From contig CAZKVR010000001.1 in NCBI GenBank assembly GCA_964556395.1, positions 106,996-170,995 of the forward strand: DNA of 64,000 nucleotides, given 5' to 3'. Positions 9,642-19,857 of this stretch are shown piece by piece. The notes under the pieces are model-generated. The model made no database searches. It was not told the origin of the DNA and saw only the letters and a program-made list of their open reading frames with translations. The stretch comes from an uncultured Methanosarcinales archaeon (GTDB taxonomy: Archaea > Nanobdellota > Nanobdellia > Woesearchaeales > WJKR01). Numbering within the stretch: position 1 is the stretch's first letter; each line of letters opens with the position of its first letter. The translations under genes were made by a program, and so were the position numbers.

Positions 9642-11336
9642 TTATAATGTGAAACTTAATGTAAAGAGCGCTTTGCTCAGGTAGAAGTCACTACCGCCAC
9701 CGCTGTCTAGAGTGCGAGTACTACCGTCCTGTAGCGTCCGGGTGGTGTGCCAACCCTTGTAATCGTCGCCTGGAACGTAGAATCCGAACTCTGCACCGAG
9801 GGCGATGTTCTCCCAAGGGAAGAATCCTATGCCGAAGCCTAGTGCAGGGAGCTTTCGCTTGGTGTCGAGGTCTTCGATGGCTATGGATTGCTTGGGAACG
9901 CCTTGGAGGTCTGTAATCTCCTCATAGGAGTTCTCCTTCCCTTTATAGGAGTCATAGCCTAACGAGCACCATGCCAGGAAGTCTTTCCGTTCCCGCTGCC
10001 TGAACATCACCAAAGCTTTCCAGCCGGTGAAGGTGGCGTCGCGTTCGATGTAGCCTTGGCCTCTCAGGTCTCCGACGGGCGGCCTCTTCTTCTCGATCTT
10101 TGAGTAGAAGCCGCCGTAGTTGAAGCCTGCTCCTAAGCCGAGATTCATCCACAAGCCTTTGTCAGGGTCGTCTGAAAGGAACGCGCCGGCCCAGAGGCCT
10201 CCTACGAAGGAGGGAGTGTTCTGATCCTGACCTGTCGCCGGCATGAAACCTGCGTGGGGGGTTATGACGAAGTGCTGTCCTCCCCATGGGTTCTTCTCGG
10301 GTACGGAGTCCTTACGGATAGTTTCTTTCTCCACCGTATCCTCAGCTTCCTCGACGAGGGTGATGTTGAAGGTCTGGTTGTAGTTGTTCACCACGCCAGG
10401 CTTCTCATCGCCTTCCACTATCACCGTGTCCTTCGCAGTCTCTTGTTCAGGCTTTTCCTTTTTCTTCGGACTTTGTTCCTTCGTGCGCTGAGCGGGCTTG
10501 GCTCCTCCTTCTTCCTTGACGAAGAAGTGGACTTTCCCCAACTTTCGACCATTGGGCAGAACGTAGTCTTCCTTGTTGCCGTATCGGAAGGCTGCGTAGA
10601 AGCCCTTTTGCAACTCTGTCGCATCGAGTTCGCCGTCCTCAAGGTTTTTCAAGACCTCTGAGCACTGCTTCCTCGCGGGTAGGCCGTAAGACTTGTATCG
10701 TTTCAGGCGGTTCAGGGCACGGAGTGGTTCCAACTGTTCAGTTTGGAGGGAGTACGAGAAGCTGGAGTCCAGCGCACGCCTCACCATCCGTATCCCTTTG
10801 ATACCATCGGTCACCATATGTATGGTGCCTAGTTCTAGCTTCTCTCCGGGGGAGAGCTTGCTGAATGCGTAGGTGGACACGGGCGAGATGAACAACGCGT
10901 CCTCCTCAGACTCCTTCAGGTCCTCTCCCAAGCGTTTTGCAGCATTTCCCTGGTCATAGTCTATCCTCAGGCCTTTCTTCTTCCGGTTAGGGATTCTGAG
11001 CTTCCTGAGGGCTTTGTTGTCTTCGAGCGCTTCTCGTTGTTTTGAGGTCAGCTCGATGACGGTCTTCCAGTCTCGTTCCTTGAATGGTACGAGCACGTCC
11101 GCGTAGCGGCGGGCGGGTTTGAGCGTATTATCCTCTAAGAGGATGATATCGACGTCCTTCCAGATGGATGCCGGAAGGTTCTCCTTGAAGTTGAACCCTG
11201 TGACATGTTCCGTCACCTCATCGAAGGACTTCTTGTTCGCCGTCGTGGAGTAGTCCCACGCGGGTACCCCGACCTGGCCGAGCAGCGTCGTATGCGCCAG
11301 CAGGACGAGGAAACATAGTGTGGTTATGGTTTTCAT
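9642..11336 (-). CDS. Secreted protein with a probable C-terminal outer-membrane beta-barrel
   Basis: Signal peptide ending TLLG|QVG; alternating Gly/aromatic strands (LGLGAGFNYGG, LGFGIGFF, LGAEFGFY); ends ALFTLSFTL. Confidence 0.65.
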   Translation of the reverse strand: MKTITTLCFLVLLAHTTLLGQVGVPAWDYSTTANKKSFDEVTEHVTGFNFKENLPASIWKDVDIILLEDNTLKPARRYADVLVPFKERDWKTVIELTSKQREALEDNKALRKLRIPNRKKKGLRIDYDQGNAAKRLGEDLKESEEDALFISPVSTYAFSKLSPGEKLELGTIHMVTDGIKGIRMVRRALDSSFSYSLQTEQLEPLRALNRLKRYKSYGLPARKQCSEVLKNLEDGELDATELQKGFYAAFRYGNKEDYVLPNGRKLGKVHFFVKEEGGAKPAQRTKEQSPKKKEKPEQETAKDTVIVEGDEKPGVVNNYNQTFNITLVEEAEDTVEKETIRKDSVPEKNPWGGQHFVITPHAGFMPATGQDQNTPSFVGGLWAGAFLSDDPDKGLWMNLGLGAGFNYGGFYSKIEKKRPPVGDLRGQGYIERDATFTGWKALVMFRQRERKDFLAWCSLGYDSYKGKENSYEEITDLQGVPKQSIAIEDLDTKRKLPALGFGIGFFPWENIALGAEFGFYVPGDDYKGWHTTRTLQDGSTRTLDSGGGSDFYLSKALFTLSFTL

Positions 11337-11938
11337 GAGTTTGTGTTCTTTTTGTTCGTGATTTGGTCTTTTACATTCTCATCCGTGCGGATGGTTTGAG
11401 AGTTGAGTTCTTCGAGTTTTCGGAGTAGTCCATCAGAGGTGATGAATTTTTCACGAGCCCTCGATAAAACCCCGTTTCCTCCGACTCCGTTTTGGTGGTG
11501 CCTGACGTATTGCAGGGCTTGTTCTTCGACATTCTTTCGTAGCTCGTCGCGCACGTATCCGCTGTAGAGGAGGTTCAACATCTTGAGAACGTACTCTAGG
11601 CAGAGGTGGTCGACCAGTCCTCTGAGGAGGACGTGCTTCTCATAGTAGAGGGCCATGTATACCAGGTAAGGCGAGTAGTATGACCTGTCCTGTATGAGGG
11701 CGAGCGCTTCCTCGTCCTTAGGCAGCTGGTATTTTGGACAGTTCTCGAAGAAGACGAACCCTCTTTCAGGGTTCCTGTCGACTATCTTCTTGAATTCACG
11801 CATGTTTTCTCGGAAGAATTCGTACGTCAAGGGTTCCCCTTTGTTGATGTTTGAGAAGAGGTTGTAGCGGAGATTTGTAAGGTTTAACACCCCAAACATG
11901 AGGTTTGACACCAAGTTGTTCTTGAATCTTCTTTTCAT
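11333..11938 (-). CDS. Hypothetical protein
   Basis: 201 aa; ATGA overlap with the next gene. Confidence 0.7.
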   Translation of the reverse strand: MKRRFKNNLVSNLMFGVLNLTNLRYNLFSNINKGEPLTYEFFRENMREFKKIVDRNPERGFVFFENCPKYQLPKDEEALALIQDRSYYSPYLVYMALYYEKHVLLRGLVDHLCLEYVLKMLNLLYSGYVRDELRKNVEEQALQYVRHHQNGVGGNGVLSRAREKFITSDGLLRKLEELNSQTIRTDENVKDQITNKKNTNS

Positions 11939-11971
11939 AATAGTATGTTTATGGTTGTTAATCCGTTATCA

Positions 11972-12229
11972 TCAGTTCAACATATTGAGTAGTCCGTCAA
12001 GTCTCATGACCAAATCCTCATTGTTGAAGATTTCCGATAGATGTTCCGATATTCGTAGGTACGCTTCGAAGAGATCCTCATCTGACGAGGTATTCTGCTT
12101 CTGGCAAGGTACTAGTTCTACGCCTGCATCGTTCAGGTCGTCGAGGACCGTCGGGTGCAGGGTTTGGAGATAGGGATCTTGGATAGTCAGGTTCTCGTCT
12201 GTTTTCGGTTGTTTTCTCATATCAATCAT
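11972..12229 (-). CDS. Small acidic hypothetical protein
   Basis: 85 aa, overlaps the upstream gene end. Confidence 0.6.
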   Translation of the reverse strand: MIDMRKQPKTDENLTIQDPYLQTLHPTVLDDLNDAGVELVPCQKQNTSSDEDLFEAYLRISEHLSEIFNNEDLVMRLDGLLNMLN

Positions 12230-13115
12230 TTTTTGTTATTATTGATTCTGTTACTAATGGTATCACGAATGCGGCCGCTAATGTGATATAAAACACGAAT
12301 TGGCAGAACGAGGTGATGAACAGTCCTTCGTCTCCGAATGCGGTTCGCATATGGTCTATCTCTGGCCTTAGGCTCAGGTATGCTGTCAACACGGACAAAG
12401 CAGGTATGAAAGCCGTTATACGGGAAGCGCCTCTCGACCACCTATATTTCTTTTTGAAACAGAGGATGATGATCCAGAGGACAAATCCCCACACTGCAAT
12501 ATTCAGTACTCGTTCGAGGTCTATCTGTGACTCCGTACTTTGACATGAGGAGTCATAGGTGTAACTGCCAGCATTCTTAGCCACATTGAACGTCTCTCCT
12601 CGTGCGGTCATCGCCAGCGTGTCATAAGTAGCCTTGTGTATTATAGTATCCCTCACAGAACCCTTCTCGTGAAGCTCTAGGAGTTGCCAGCGATTAAGCT
12701 TTCCTAAGATACCGACCTCTTTCTTGATGGCGTTCTCAATGCTTGAGAAGTATAGGCTCTCTCCGTGAACGAAGAGCACGTAGCCGTCCCTGTAAACTGC
12801 CGTATCCGGTGATTGTAGGATTGCTTGTCCGTCCTCGAAGCTTACTATACGCCTCTGAGGAATCCATTTGTACACGGAGATGTCTGTCACGCAGCCTTCT
12901 CGTTGGTTGAAGCTCAATACTGTCCTGCTGTAGGTGAAAGGCCCTCTCTTGAAGGTATCGTCCTTGTCCCATCTCAGATATCTCTGGTTGGCCAGGAGCA
13001 GTAATGAATCTCCTTTTTGGAGCGCAACGCTGTCCCCTAGGGTTGTGATGACTCTATCTTGGCTCGCCGCTAGCTGCGACAGCAGTATCAGGAGTAATAT
13101 TGGTATCTTTTTCAT
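12222..13115 (-). CDS. Secreted/membrane protein (signal peptide plus three C-terminal TMs)
   Basis: LAAS|QDR predicted cleavage; hydrophobic C-terminus. Confidence 0.75.
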   Translation of the reverse strand: MKKIPILLLILLSQLAASQDRVITTLGDSVALQKGDSLLLLANQRYLRWDKDDTFKRGPFTYSRTVLSFNQREGCVTDISVYKWIPQRRIVSFEDGQAILQSPDTAVYRDGYVLFVHGESLYFSSIENAIKKEVGILGKLNRWQLLELHEKGSVRDTIIHKATYDTLAMTARGETFNVAKNAGSYTYDSSCQSTESQIDLERVLNIAVWGFVLWIIILCFKKKYRWSRGASRITAFIPALSVLTAYLSLRPEIDHMRTAFGDEGLFITSFCQFVFYITLAAAFVIPLVTESIITKND

Positions 13116-13834
13116 GTTTTATTTTCGTTTCTTGTCATTGTGAATCTTATTATGTTAAGCAAACCGGACCAACACAGAGCGTATGAGACTGCGTAGATCG
13201 TGGAAGCCCAAGGGGCTACTCCTATCGGGAGCAGTAGTAGCAACAATGCTGCCACCACTATAGTGAGTATGATGAATTGTACCCCTAGACGCAACAGCAA
13301 ACGAGGTAAGTTCATATTTTGAACCAGTGAAACTATGAAAAGCATAATCAGTCCTAGAGGGAGCATCATGAGGTCTTCGCTCCGATGCTTGGTTTTCTTT
13401 CCTACATGGAAAGATCTATCCTTGTCCTCATAGCTTATCACGAGCGATTCCGAACGCTTATGCAGTGTCGGCCCTTTGAACCAGTCTCCAGGTATCTCCG
13501 CGCCGAGCATGTCCTCACGGATTATCAGGTCCGTTTGTTGGCAATCCTTAGTGCGGAGAGCTTCCAGCAGGACATGAGGGTTTAGTGCGAGGGCTTCTCG
13601 GTGCAGATCGATGCAATCGCTCCGTATAGGAATCGTGTGGAGCGTTGATGGCTCGGCATCACCTTCATAGAATATGACGAAGGTGTCGTCTCGGACCTCG
13701 AATCCTAGTCGGTACAGTTCCATAGGGGCCCTGAAGGCATGGCCGTGCGGCAACTCCACCTTGACGGGGAGTTTTTGGGTCTGGGCGCTCGCCTCTATGG
13801 AGAGGAGGAGCGCCATCAGGATTATTGTTCTCAT
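13112..13834 (-). CDS. Secreted/membrane protein (signal peptide plus three C-terminal TMs)
   Basis: EASA|QTQ; same architecture as its neighbour. Confidence 0.75.
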   Translation of the reverse strand: MRTIILMALLLSIEASAQTQKLPVKVELPHGHAFRAPMELYRLGFEVRDDTFVIFYEGDAEPSTLHTIPIRSDCIDLHREALALNPHVLLEALRTKDCQQTDLIIREDMLGAEIPGDWFKGPTLHKRSESLVISYEDKDRSFHVGKKTKHRSEDLMMLPLGLIMLFIVSLVQNMNLPRLLLRLGVQFIILTIVVAALLLLLLPIGVAPWASTIYAVSYALCWSGLLNIIRFTMTRNENKT

Positions 13835-13844
13835 ATCGTTGTTG

Positions 13845-14411
13845 TTATGAAGGGTATTCGCACAGGGAGCAGCGCTCTCCGTCGTCGATGAGACTGATGA
13901 GTTCGCGCCTCATATCCTCGTATTCTTCCTCCTCGGAACGGGAGGGGATGTCTGCTTGTATCAGGACTTCCCTGAGTGTCTTGCCGTCTAGATCTATCAG
14001 ACGCTTGTAGCCAGCGGTGAACCTCAAGGCTGTGCAGAGGTCGAAGCCGAAACCTTCCCGTTCGCATATCTCGACATCTGATGCTTCAGGCCGTACTTGG
14101 ATGTACTTGTCGAGCAGTTCTTCCTCCAGTTCCCTTTCCGCTATCCCTTCAAGGATCGATTCCGCTTGTTCTAGGGTTATGGGGAAATCTGGGTCAGCCC
14201 CGGAGGCTTCTCGTATGCGGCTCTTGAGTTCTAGCCACAGATTCTCGACTTCCTCTTCTTTTTTACCTGTCAACGCTGCGATGTCTTTGATAGTCGTCAG
14301 TTTTCCTTCAGTGAACATCATGCTGGCGACTTGCCTTTTGCGGTCGTGTGCTTGCGGGTCTTCGAACCCTCGTAGCTTGTCAAGTATGTTTATTATCCTT
14401 ATCGTTTCCAT
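13845..14411 (-). CDS. Hypothetical protein with a possible HTH
   Basis: TIKDIAALTGKKEEEVENL resembles an HTH; likely start METIRI. Confidence 0.6.
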   Translation of the reverse strand: METIRIINILDKLRGFEDPQAHDRKRQVASMMFTEGKLTTIKDIAALTGKKEEEVENLWLELKSRIREASGADPDFPITLEQAESILEGIAERELEEELLDKYIQVRPEASDVEICEREGFGFDLCTALRFTAGYKRLIDLDGKTLREVLIQADIPSRSEEEEYEDMRRELISLIDDGERCSLCEYPS

Positions 14412-14875
14412 AATCTTGTTTTTTTTGGTTGCGGATTTTTTTTCATTATTCTTGATAGAGTCCTCCATATCGATTTCTCGGGTTTTTTCCGAGGCGGTAT
14501 CCATAAGAGGACTCCTAGCAGCCAGGAGATTCCCAGCGAGATTATCGTGGTCAGCACCGATGGCACGTCCTCAGTGTTCTCAGTCATGAAAGATTCTGAG
14601 AGGAAGTAAGAGGCAGACCATACGAGCGCCACCAAGAGTATGAGGTTCCATAGGATGACGCCTTGGAGGGCTAGCATGTTCTTCCAACGCTCCCATCTTT
14701 GTGATTCCTCCATCCATAAGGCCTTCAACAAAGGGTTTGACGAGCATATTGTTATCGAACCTAGAGTTATGAGGAATCCGGTGAGGAAACTCTCTACGCC
14801 CAGCCATATCGACAGGGCTACAGGTATTGTTATTGTGGCGGTCATTGCGGACCACAGTAAAGATGTTCTTTTCAT
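14399..14875 (-). CDS. Multi-pass membrane protein
   Basis: About four hydrophobic segments. Confidence 0.7.
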   Translation of the reverse strand: MKRTSLLWSAMTATITIPVALSIWLGVESFLTGFLITLGSITICSSNPLLKALWMEESQRWERWKNMLALQGVILWNLILLVALVWSASYFLSESFMTENTEDVPSVLTTIISLGISWLLGVLLWIPPRKKPEKSIWRTLSRIMKKNPQPKKTRLWKR

Positions 14876-14998
14876 AGTCTTGTTTTGTTTTATTTTGTGA
14901 AACCTCTCCGGAGTCTCCGGAGCGGGGTTTAGTCGGATCGTCGCTCTTGACAGGGTTTTTTGCGGACCTTTTTCTGGAGATGTTGAACACGTATCCGG

Positions 14999-15415
14999 CT
15001 ATAGGTTCTCTTCGTAACGGTAACCGTAGCGGGTCTCTACGGGCTCTTCTTCCAATAAGAGGGAAACCGTTCTTGTGAGATAATCCTCTTCTCCCAGCAG
15101 GACCACTTGTTTCACTCGTTCCCTTGTTCTTGAGTCACTTACTTTCGCTCGCAGCCATAGGGCCAGATTGAGCTTTTGTCCTTCTGACGCTTCGACAGGT
15201 TTCATCCTTTCTGTGAGAAAGATTGTTGAGAAACTCCAGATATAATTTTTGAACTCTTCCATGGCTTTGAAAGCCATCTCGTTCCCCTGCTCGACGAAGA
15301 GCAGTATGTCATTTTTTTCGAGTTCTTCCAGCGCATACTTAACAGTCTCTTTGATCTCTTGGTATCGCTGTGCGGTTCCTGTTTTTTTACTTAATCGTAA
15401 GATAATGGTGCACAT
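14999..15415 (-). CDS. Hypothetical protein
   Basis: 138 aa, A-rich leader. Confidence 0.65.
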   Translation of the reverse strand: MCTIILRLSKKTGTAQRYQEIKETVKYALEELEKNDILLFVEQGNEMAFKAMEEFKNYIWSFSTIFLTERMKPVEASEGQKLNLALWLRAKVSDSRTRERVKQVVLLGEEDYLTRTVSLLLEEEPVETRYGYRYEENL

Positions 15416-15433
15416 AAGCTTTTTTGTTTTGTT

Positions 15434-15772
15434 TCAAATTGATTTTTCTTTTCCTGTATCCTGACGCTTCTCCCGATCAGGACATGATAGTGTTACAGTT
15501 GCCAACATTAGCAGAACGAACAATGCTAACAGCAACAACACCATCCCTGTCAAGGCATAGGACGTGAAGGTGTACAGTATGTCGACTAGGACATTCGTAT
15601 TTCCTCGCTGCGGGAGTTCTATCAGATCAGGGATAGATGTTCCACGGAGCGCCATGACGATGCTCGCCCCTATTACGAGGGAGAGCAGCGGCGCGATGAT
15701 GAGAATAGCATGTCGATGAAGACGCGCTATCAAACCTCTGATTCCATCGCATAGTTTTTCTTGGTTCATCAT
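15434..15772 (-). CDS. Two-TM membrane protein
   Basis: Two hydrophobic stretches. Confidence 0.65.
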   Translation of the reverse strand: MMNQEKLCDGIRGLIARLHRHAILIIAPLLSLVIGASIVMALRGTSIPDLIELPQRGNTNVLVDILYTFTSYALTGMVLLLLALFVLLMLATVTLSCPDREKRQDTGKEKSI

Positions 15773-16245
15773 AGTATTATCCTTTTTACGGTTAATGGTA
15801 TCCTTTCATCGGAGACCTTCTGCTCGTAACGCATGATGTGCTTGTGCAGGATTGCTTCCGATAAGGGATATCTTAGGACGATTTTTTGGAGCAAGGTTCT
15901 TTTTTCCCACGAGATGTACGGGGTGCCGAGGAGGATTATCATCCGCCAGCGTATTTCCTGATCAGAAGTCATAATTTTCTCCTCGATCGTCGTGAACTCG
16001 CTCCCGACCTTCAACTGGTAATATCGAATACGGAGTTTTCCGTCGCACCTATTTCTGAGGCTCTTACAGAGACCTCTGAGGAACGAGCGTTGGGCCTTCC
16101 TTAATATTTGATTGTGATCCATATCATTTGTTTGAATAGTAATGAAAAAATCTTTTTCTACAGGTCGCGTCAGGATCAGGCACTTGAGTCCACGCCACAA
16201 CATTGGGCCTTCAATTTTACAGTTGTCGTCATCTGAGTTCGACAT
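15769..16245 (-). CDS. Hypothetical basic protein (start may be 16122)
   Basis: ORF coupled to the downstream gene. Confidence 0.55.
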   Translation of the reverse strand: MSNSDDDNCKIEGPMLWRGLKCLILTRPVEKDFFITIQTNDMDHNQILRKAQRSFLRGLCKSLRNRCDGKLRIRYYQLKVGSEFTTIEEKIMTSDQEIRWRMIILLGTPYISWEKRTLLQKIVLRYPLSEAILHKHIMRYEQKVSDERIPLTVKRIIL

Positions 16246-16266
16246 TCTCTGTTTTTTCTCTTGTCC

Positions 16267-16758
16267 TTACCGTCCTTTCTTGTTCGACATCTTTTTTTCA
16301 GGGCGAGTTTCCATGCACCTCATGACCCGATAGCGCATGGGCAAAGGCCGTTCAATCCCTTTGAGATTTACGGCCAACCATGACGTGATACTTTTGAACC
16401 CCTGATAATAGTGCATTACTGCCTGGAGGAGTTCTTCGCCATCGTTGGCGGTCACCTCCCGGTAATAGACTAGCTTGTCATAGATCCCGTCATCTTCCGT
16501 CGAGGCGTAGTGGAACTCCTCATAGTAGTCATTCCCAGTGAGTTTTTTCATTCTGATGATATCGAATGAACCGTCTTTGTCAGTATCAGTGTAGCGTTTG
16601 TATATCGTCTTTTCCACTAAGCCACGGTCTGATATGACGACTATAGAGTCCAAGCGGGTCTCAGTAAGCCTCAACAAGTATGTAGAGGTATCCTTTTCCT
16701 GTGCTGAAGTCCAGAGTGAGACCGCTGACAACACCATTATAATTATTGTTTTTCTCAT
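16267..16758 (-). CDS. Secreted protein
   Basis: MRKTIIIMVLSAVSLWTSA|QEK; DTDKDGSFD motif. Confidence 0.75.
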   Translation of the reverse strand: MRKTIIIMVLSAVSLWTSAQEKDTSTYLLRLTETRLDSIVVISDRGLVEKTIYKRYTDTDKDGSFDIIRMKKLTGNDYYEEFHYASTEDDGIYDKLVYYREVTANDGEELLQAVMHYYQGFKSITSWLAVNLKGIERPLPMRYRVMRCMETRPEKKMSNKKGR

Positions 16759-16826
16759 ATCGGCTATTTTTTTGGGTGACATCGACCGCTTCACGGATTC
16801 TCCGTCTGCGGCTTTTCGAACGCGGT

Positions 16827-17555
16827 TCATCCCAAGACGTTCAGGAGACCATCCCAGCGTTTGAGGAAGAAAGGGAGTGAGGTCGTCATCGGTCCTGAGA
16901 GGTCGTCCTCCTCTGATGCATGATGTTCGTCCTTTACGCCCCAAGAGTTTGAGCGGTCATTCCATACGATGGTGTAGAGGTGTGAACCTGATTCTTCTAA
17001 CAGGTCTCCGCAGTATAGAGGCTTGCCTCTATATTTGTAACCGGTCTCCATACCTTTCGCTGGTCGTTCTCGCCATTCAAGTCTTGAGAGGAGAATCGCC
17101 CTCACGTAGGGGTCTATGACTGTGAGCGTCCCTTTCTTCTGGTTTATCGCCTTGAGCTGCCTTCGTGACGTGCTCTCGATCCATGTCGCAAGGGGGTAGC
17201 CACGGAGGCTTTCCAGGTTATAGGGTATCTCTGACTCCCATATGTGCAGGGGGTTGTTGAGTATCGCATACGCGGTTGAGGGGAGGTAGATATCCCTTGT
17301 CAAGCGTTTCCGATAAAATGTGGGAAATCTTCTCTTGATGACCCACGGTATCTTATCGAGAACGTATGATACCCCATATAACAGTGAGAGCGATAGTATG
17401 ATGACTATCGGACCTGCTACGAGCATTCCTTGGGACTGGTATAACAACCTGCCAAGGACGATCCATGTGACGGCTATGAGCATTACGGCCAATACTGGTA
17501 CGAGCATCATGAGCGCCGTCTTTTCAGGCATTCTTCTTCTTATTATCTTCTTCAT
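16827..17555 (-). CDS. Membrane protein with a YopX-like C-terminal segment
   Basis: Two N-terminal TMs; TGYKYRGKPLYCGDLL..TIVWND resembles the YopX TG.KD..G..IYEGD motif. Confidence 0.55.
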   Translation of the reverse strand: MKKIIRRRMPEKTALMMLVPVLAVMLIAVTWIVLGRLLYQSQGMLVAGPIVIILSLSLLYGVSYVLDKIPWVIKRRFPTFYRKRLTRDIYLPSTAYAILNNPLHIWESEIPYNLESLRGYPLATWIESTSRRQLKAINQKKGTLTVIDPYVRAILLSRLEWRERPAKGMETGYKYRGKPLYCGDLLEESGSHLYTIVWNDRSNSWGVKDEHHASEEDDLSGPMTTSLPFFLKRWDGLLNVLG

Positions 17556-17977
17556 TTTCGCGAATTTTTATGTTCTTGTCCGATACTTATTCTGGTGAGG
17601 TATTCTTCTGCCTGTTCTTTCGAGCAGACCAGTTCTGGAAGCCCATCAAGATTCATGAACTGGAGGTATTTCCAGAGCTTTGGGGACGGCATCAGATACA
17701 TCCTTGTCGCTCTCGTAACCGACCTGAAGAGGCGGCTGCAAAGTAGGATGGCGTGCATGCCGTAGAGGTCTATGCTCTCGACTCCTGTGAGGTCGAGGAT
17801 TATAGGGATGTTTCTCTTCATGGTTGCGGAAGCTTCCACGAATTCGGACTTGAAGAGTTTTAAGTCCTGATTGTTGTTCTTATCGCCGTTCGTCAGAGCG
17901 GCTCCGGGGGCGACCTCTAGTATAGCGTAGAGCATGCCGTCACCCGTCTTCGAGTATGATTCTGTTAGTATCCTCAT
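17552..17977 (-). CDS. STAS domain protein (anti-sigma-factor antagonist-like)
   Basis: IILDLTGVESIDLYGMHAIL matches the STAS DLSxVxxIDSSG motif, with the Ser positions substituted. Confidence 0.7.
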   Translation of the reverse strand: MRILTESYSKTGDGMLYAILEVAPGAALTNGDKNNNQDLKLFKSEFVEASATMKRNIPIILDLTGVESIDLYGMHAILLCSRLFRSVTRATRMYLMPSPKLWKYLQFMNLDGLPELVCSKEQAEEYLTRISIGQEHKNSRK

Positions 17978-18474
17978 TTCTTATGCTGGTTTTGGGTTTG
18001 TAATCTTTCTTTTTTCATCTTCGATAACCATCGGGCGTGCCGCTTCATCTTCTTAATCTCTTTTGACAATAGTAGCAGAAGCCCGACGATGATTATCGGG
18101 GCGAGCCAAGAGTGGATCGATGGCGGCATGGCCGAAGGTTTCAGCATCGGCATGCAGATCACCAGCAAGGAGTAGGTGATGCTGCAGAAATGTATCCTGA
18201 AGAATGTTCCTTCAGCTCTCATGCGAGGCGTCTTCCTCGGTATGAAGACTGGTACGAGTATGAGAAGGAGGAACATGGTCAGCGATGACTTCATCCAGGA
18301 AAGTTCGTCATATGTCAATACGACGGTCAACCCGACGAAGGCGCATAGCATTCCGGAGAATGCGTCTGTTCTTCGGTGCTTCTTGATGACTTTGTGTATT
18401 CCGAAGAATTTGAAGAAGTAGAAACCGAGCAATATAGTTATTATAAATACAAATATGGTTATGGGCAGAGACAT
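17974..18474 (-). CDS. Multi-pass membrane protein
   Basis: About five TM segments. Confidence 0.7.
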   Translation of the reverse strand: MSLPITIFVFIITILLGFYFFKFFGIHKVIKKHRRTDAFSGMLCAFVGLTVVLTYDELSWMKSSLTMFLLLILVPVFIPRKTPRMRAEGTFFRIHFCSITYSLLVICMPMLKPSAMPPSIHSWLAPIIIVGLLLLLSKEIKKMKRHARWLSKMKKERLQTQNQHKK

Positions 18475-18492
18475 TCGTGTTCCTTTCGGTTT

Positions 18493-18999
18493 TTAGGTGT
18501 TTGTCAGTGATTCTCGTAATAGCTGGGAAACGTCTCTTAGGCGTTGGACGCTTCTAGCGACGTACTTCTTGGCATGGTGGTCGTGTATCACATGCCAGAC
18601 GGTAAAATCCCCTTGGATTCTGTGGTTCTCGGCGAGGGTTCGGTACTTGAGCCAGTAGGAGACTTTTCTCCAAGGCACTCCTAGTTCAGGGTCTCCTATG
18701 TAGATGGTCTCCCCAGTGATATCTTCAAGGTCCGGGGATTCCAGGTAGGGTGAACGTATGATATCGATCGTTTCCGTCCTGAGCATCCTTAGAGGGGGCA
18801 GAATCGTTGACAGCCGGAGATTCTCTGCGTTCTTGATGAGGTCTGCTAGACCTTCTTCCCGTTCCAAGTGTAAGGCTGTCTTCAGCAGTTCGAGAAGGGA
18901 CTGTATCTTGTTGTCCTCGTCCTCGATAGCCAATAGTCTTATGTCGAGGCCTGTCAGGAGTTCTGAGAGGTCCTCTTTGAATAGTTGTTTCTCGTCCAT
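18493..18999 (-). CDS. Hypothetical protein with a weak YopX-like motif
   Basis: LEDITGETIYIGD. Confidence 0.65.
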   Translation of the reverse strand: MDEKQLFKEDLSELLTGLDIRLLAIEDEDNKIQSLLELLKTALHLEREEGLADLIKNAENLRLSTILPPLRMLRTETIDIIRSPYLESPDLEDITGETIYIGDPELGVPWRKVSYWLKYRTLAENHRIQGDFTVWHVIHDHHAKKYVARSVQRLRDVSQLLRESLTNT

Positions 19000-19009
19000 T
19001 TTTTATTTT

Positions 19010-19762
19010 TTATTTGTATCCGCTCGCCATGGTTGATTGTTCGTTCCAGGCGTTTCCGTAGAGTAAATTTTTCACGATAACTGATATGTCAGTAGCCCGG
19101 GATGTGGTGTGCAACAGTCTTAGGAGTTCTGAAGTGTCCTTGATGCTCTCCGGTATCCGTTCGAGCGCTTGTTCAGCATTCTTTGTGAGTTGGTCTTCAG
19201 TGCCTGCCGGTATGACCCACAGTACCTTTCGCTTCCGAATCTCCAGGAACTCCATGAGTATGAGTTCTCTCCTGACTAGTCGGGACTGGCATATCGATAA
19301 GAGTCCTTCCCGCGATTTGTTTACGACCGCATCTAGCGCTACGTGCTCGTACCACCTGCATTCCTTTTGGAACTGTAGGAAAAGATAGTTATGATAGCAA
19401 TAGTTATCAGCGAGAGAGAAGAAATCCTTATCTATCGAGATGATATTCTCTTCGACCAAACGCGATAGCACCGCTTTGAGGGTTTCGTGGCAGTCGTGAG
19501 GCTTCCGATGCTTCAGGCACCACAGGTATAATATCTCTGCGGGCCTCAGTTTCGGTATTAATTTTTCTTGTGCCATAGGTAGATCCTTTTTTGAATTTTT
19601 GAATATGAATCCTGGTAAAAGCAGCATTGTGACTGCTGCGAAGCACAGAATGAGGTTGATGAGATACGAGACCATCCCGGCTGCTAGGAGTGACGCAGGT
19701 ATGAAGATAAGTCTGGCGTAGCCGACAACCATTCTCTTGAACGATTCGAGGTTGTGTCTCAT
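19010..19762 (-). CDS. Membrane-anchored hypothetical protein
   Basis: Likely start MRHNLESF after a hairpin at ~19791-19826. Confidence 0.6.
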   Translation of the reverse strand: MRHNLESFKRMVVGYARLIFIPASLLAAGMVSYLINLILCFAAVTMLLLPGFIFKNSKKDLPMAQEKLIPKLRPAEILYLWCLKHRKPHDCHETLKAVLSRLVEENIISIDKDFFSLADNYCYHNYLFLQFQKECRWYEHVALDAVVNKSREGLLSICQSRLVRRELILMEFLEIRKRKVLWVIPAGTEDQLTKNAEQALERIPESIKDTSELLRLLHTTSRATDISVIVKNLLYGNAWNEQSTMASGYK

Positions 19763-19857
19763 GACAATCTGTTTTAGGATTGTGAGAAGAAGGGGCGCGG
19801 CACCCTTGATGCCATCCGCGCCCTCTTGAGATAGTCTTACTTCCTCTGATGTTCGGA

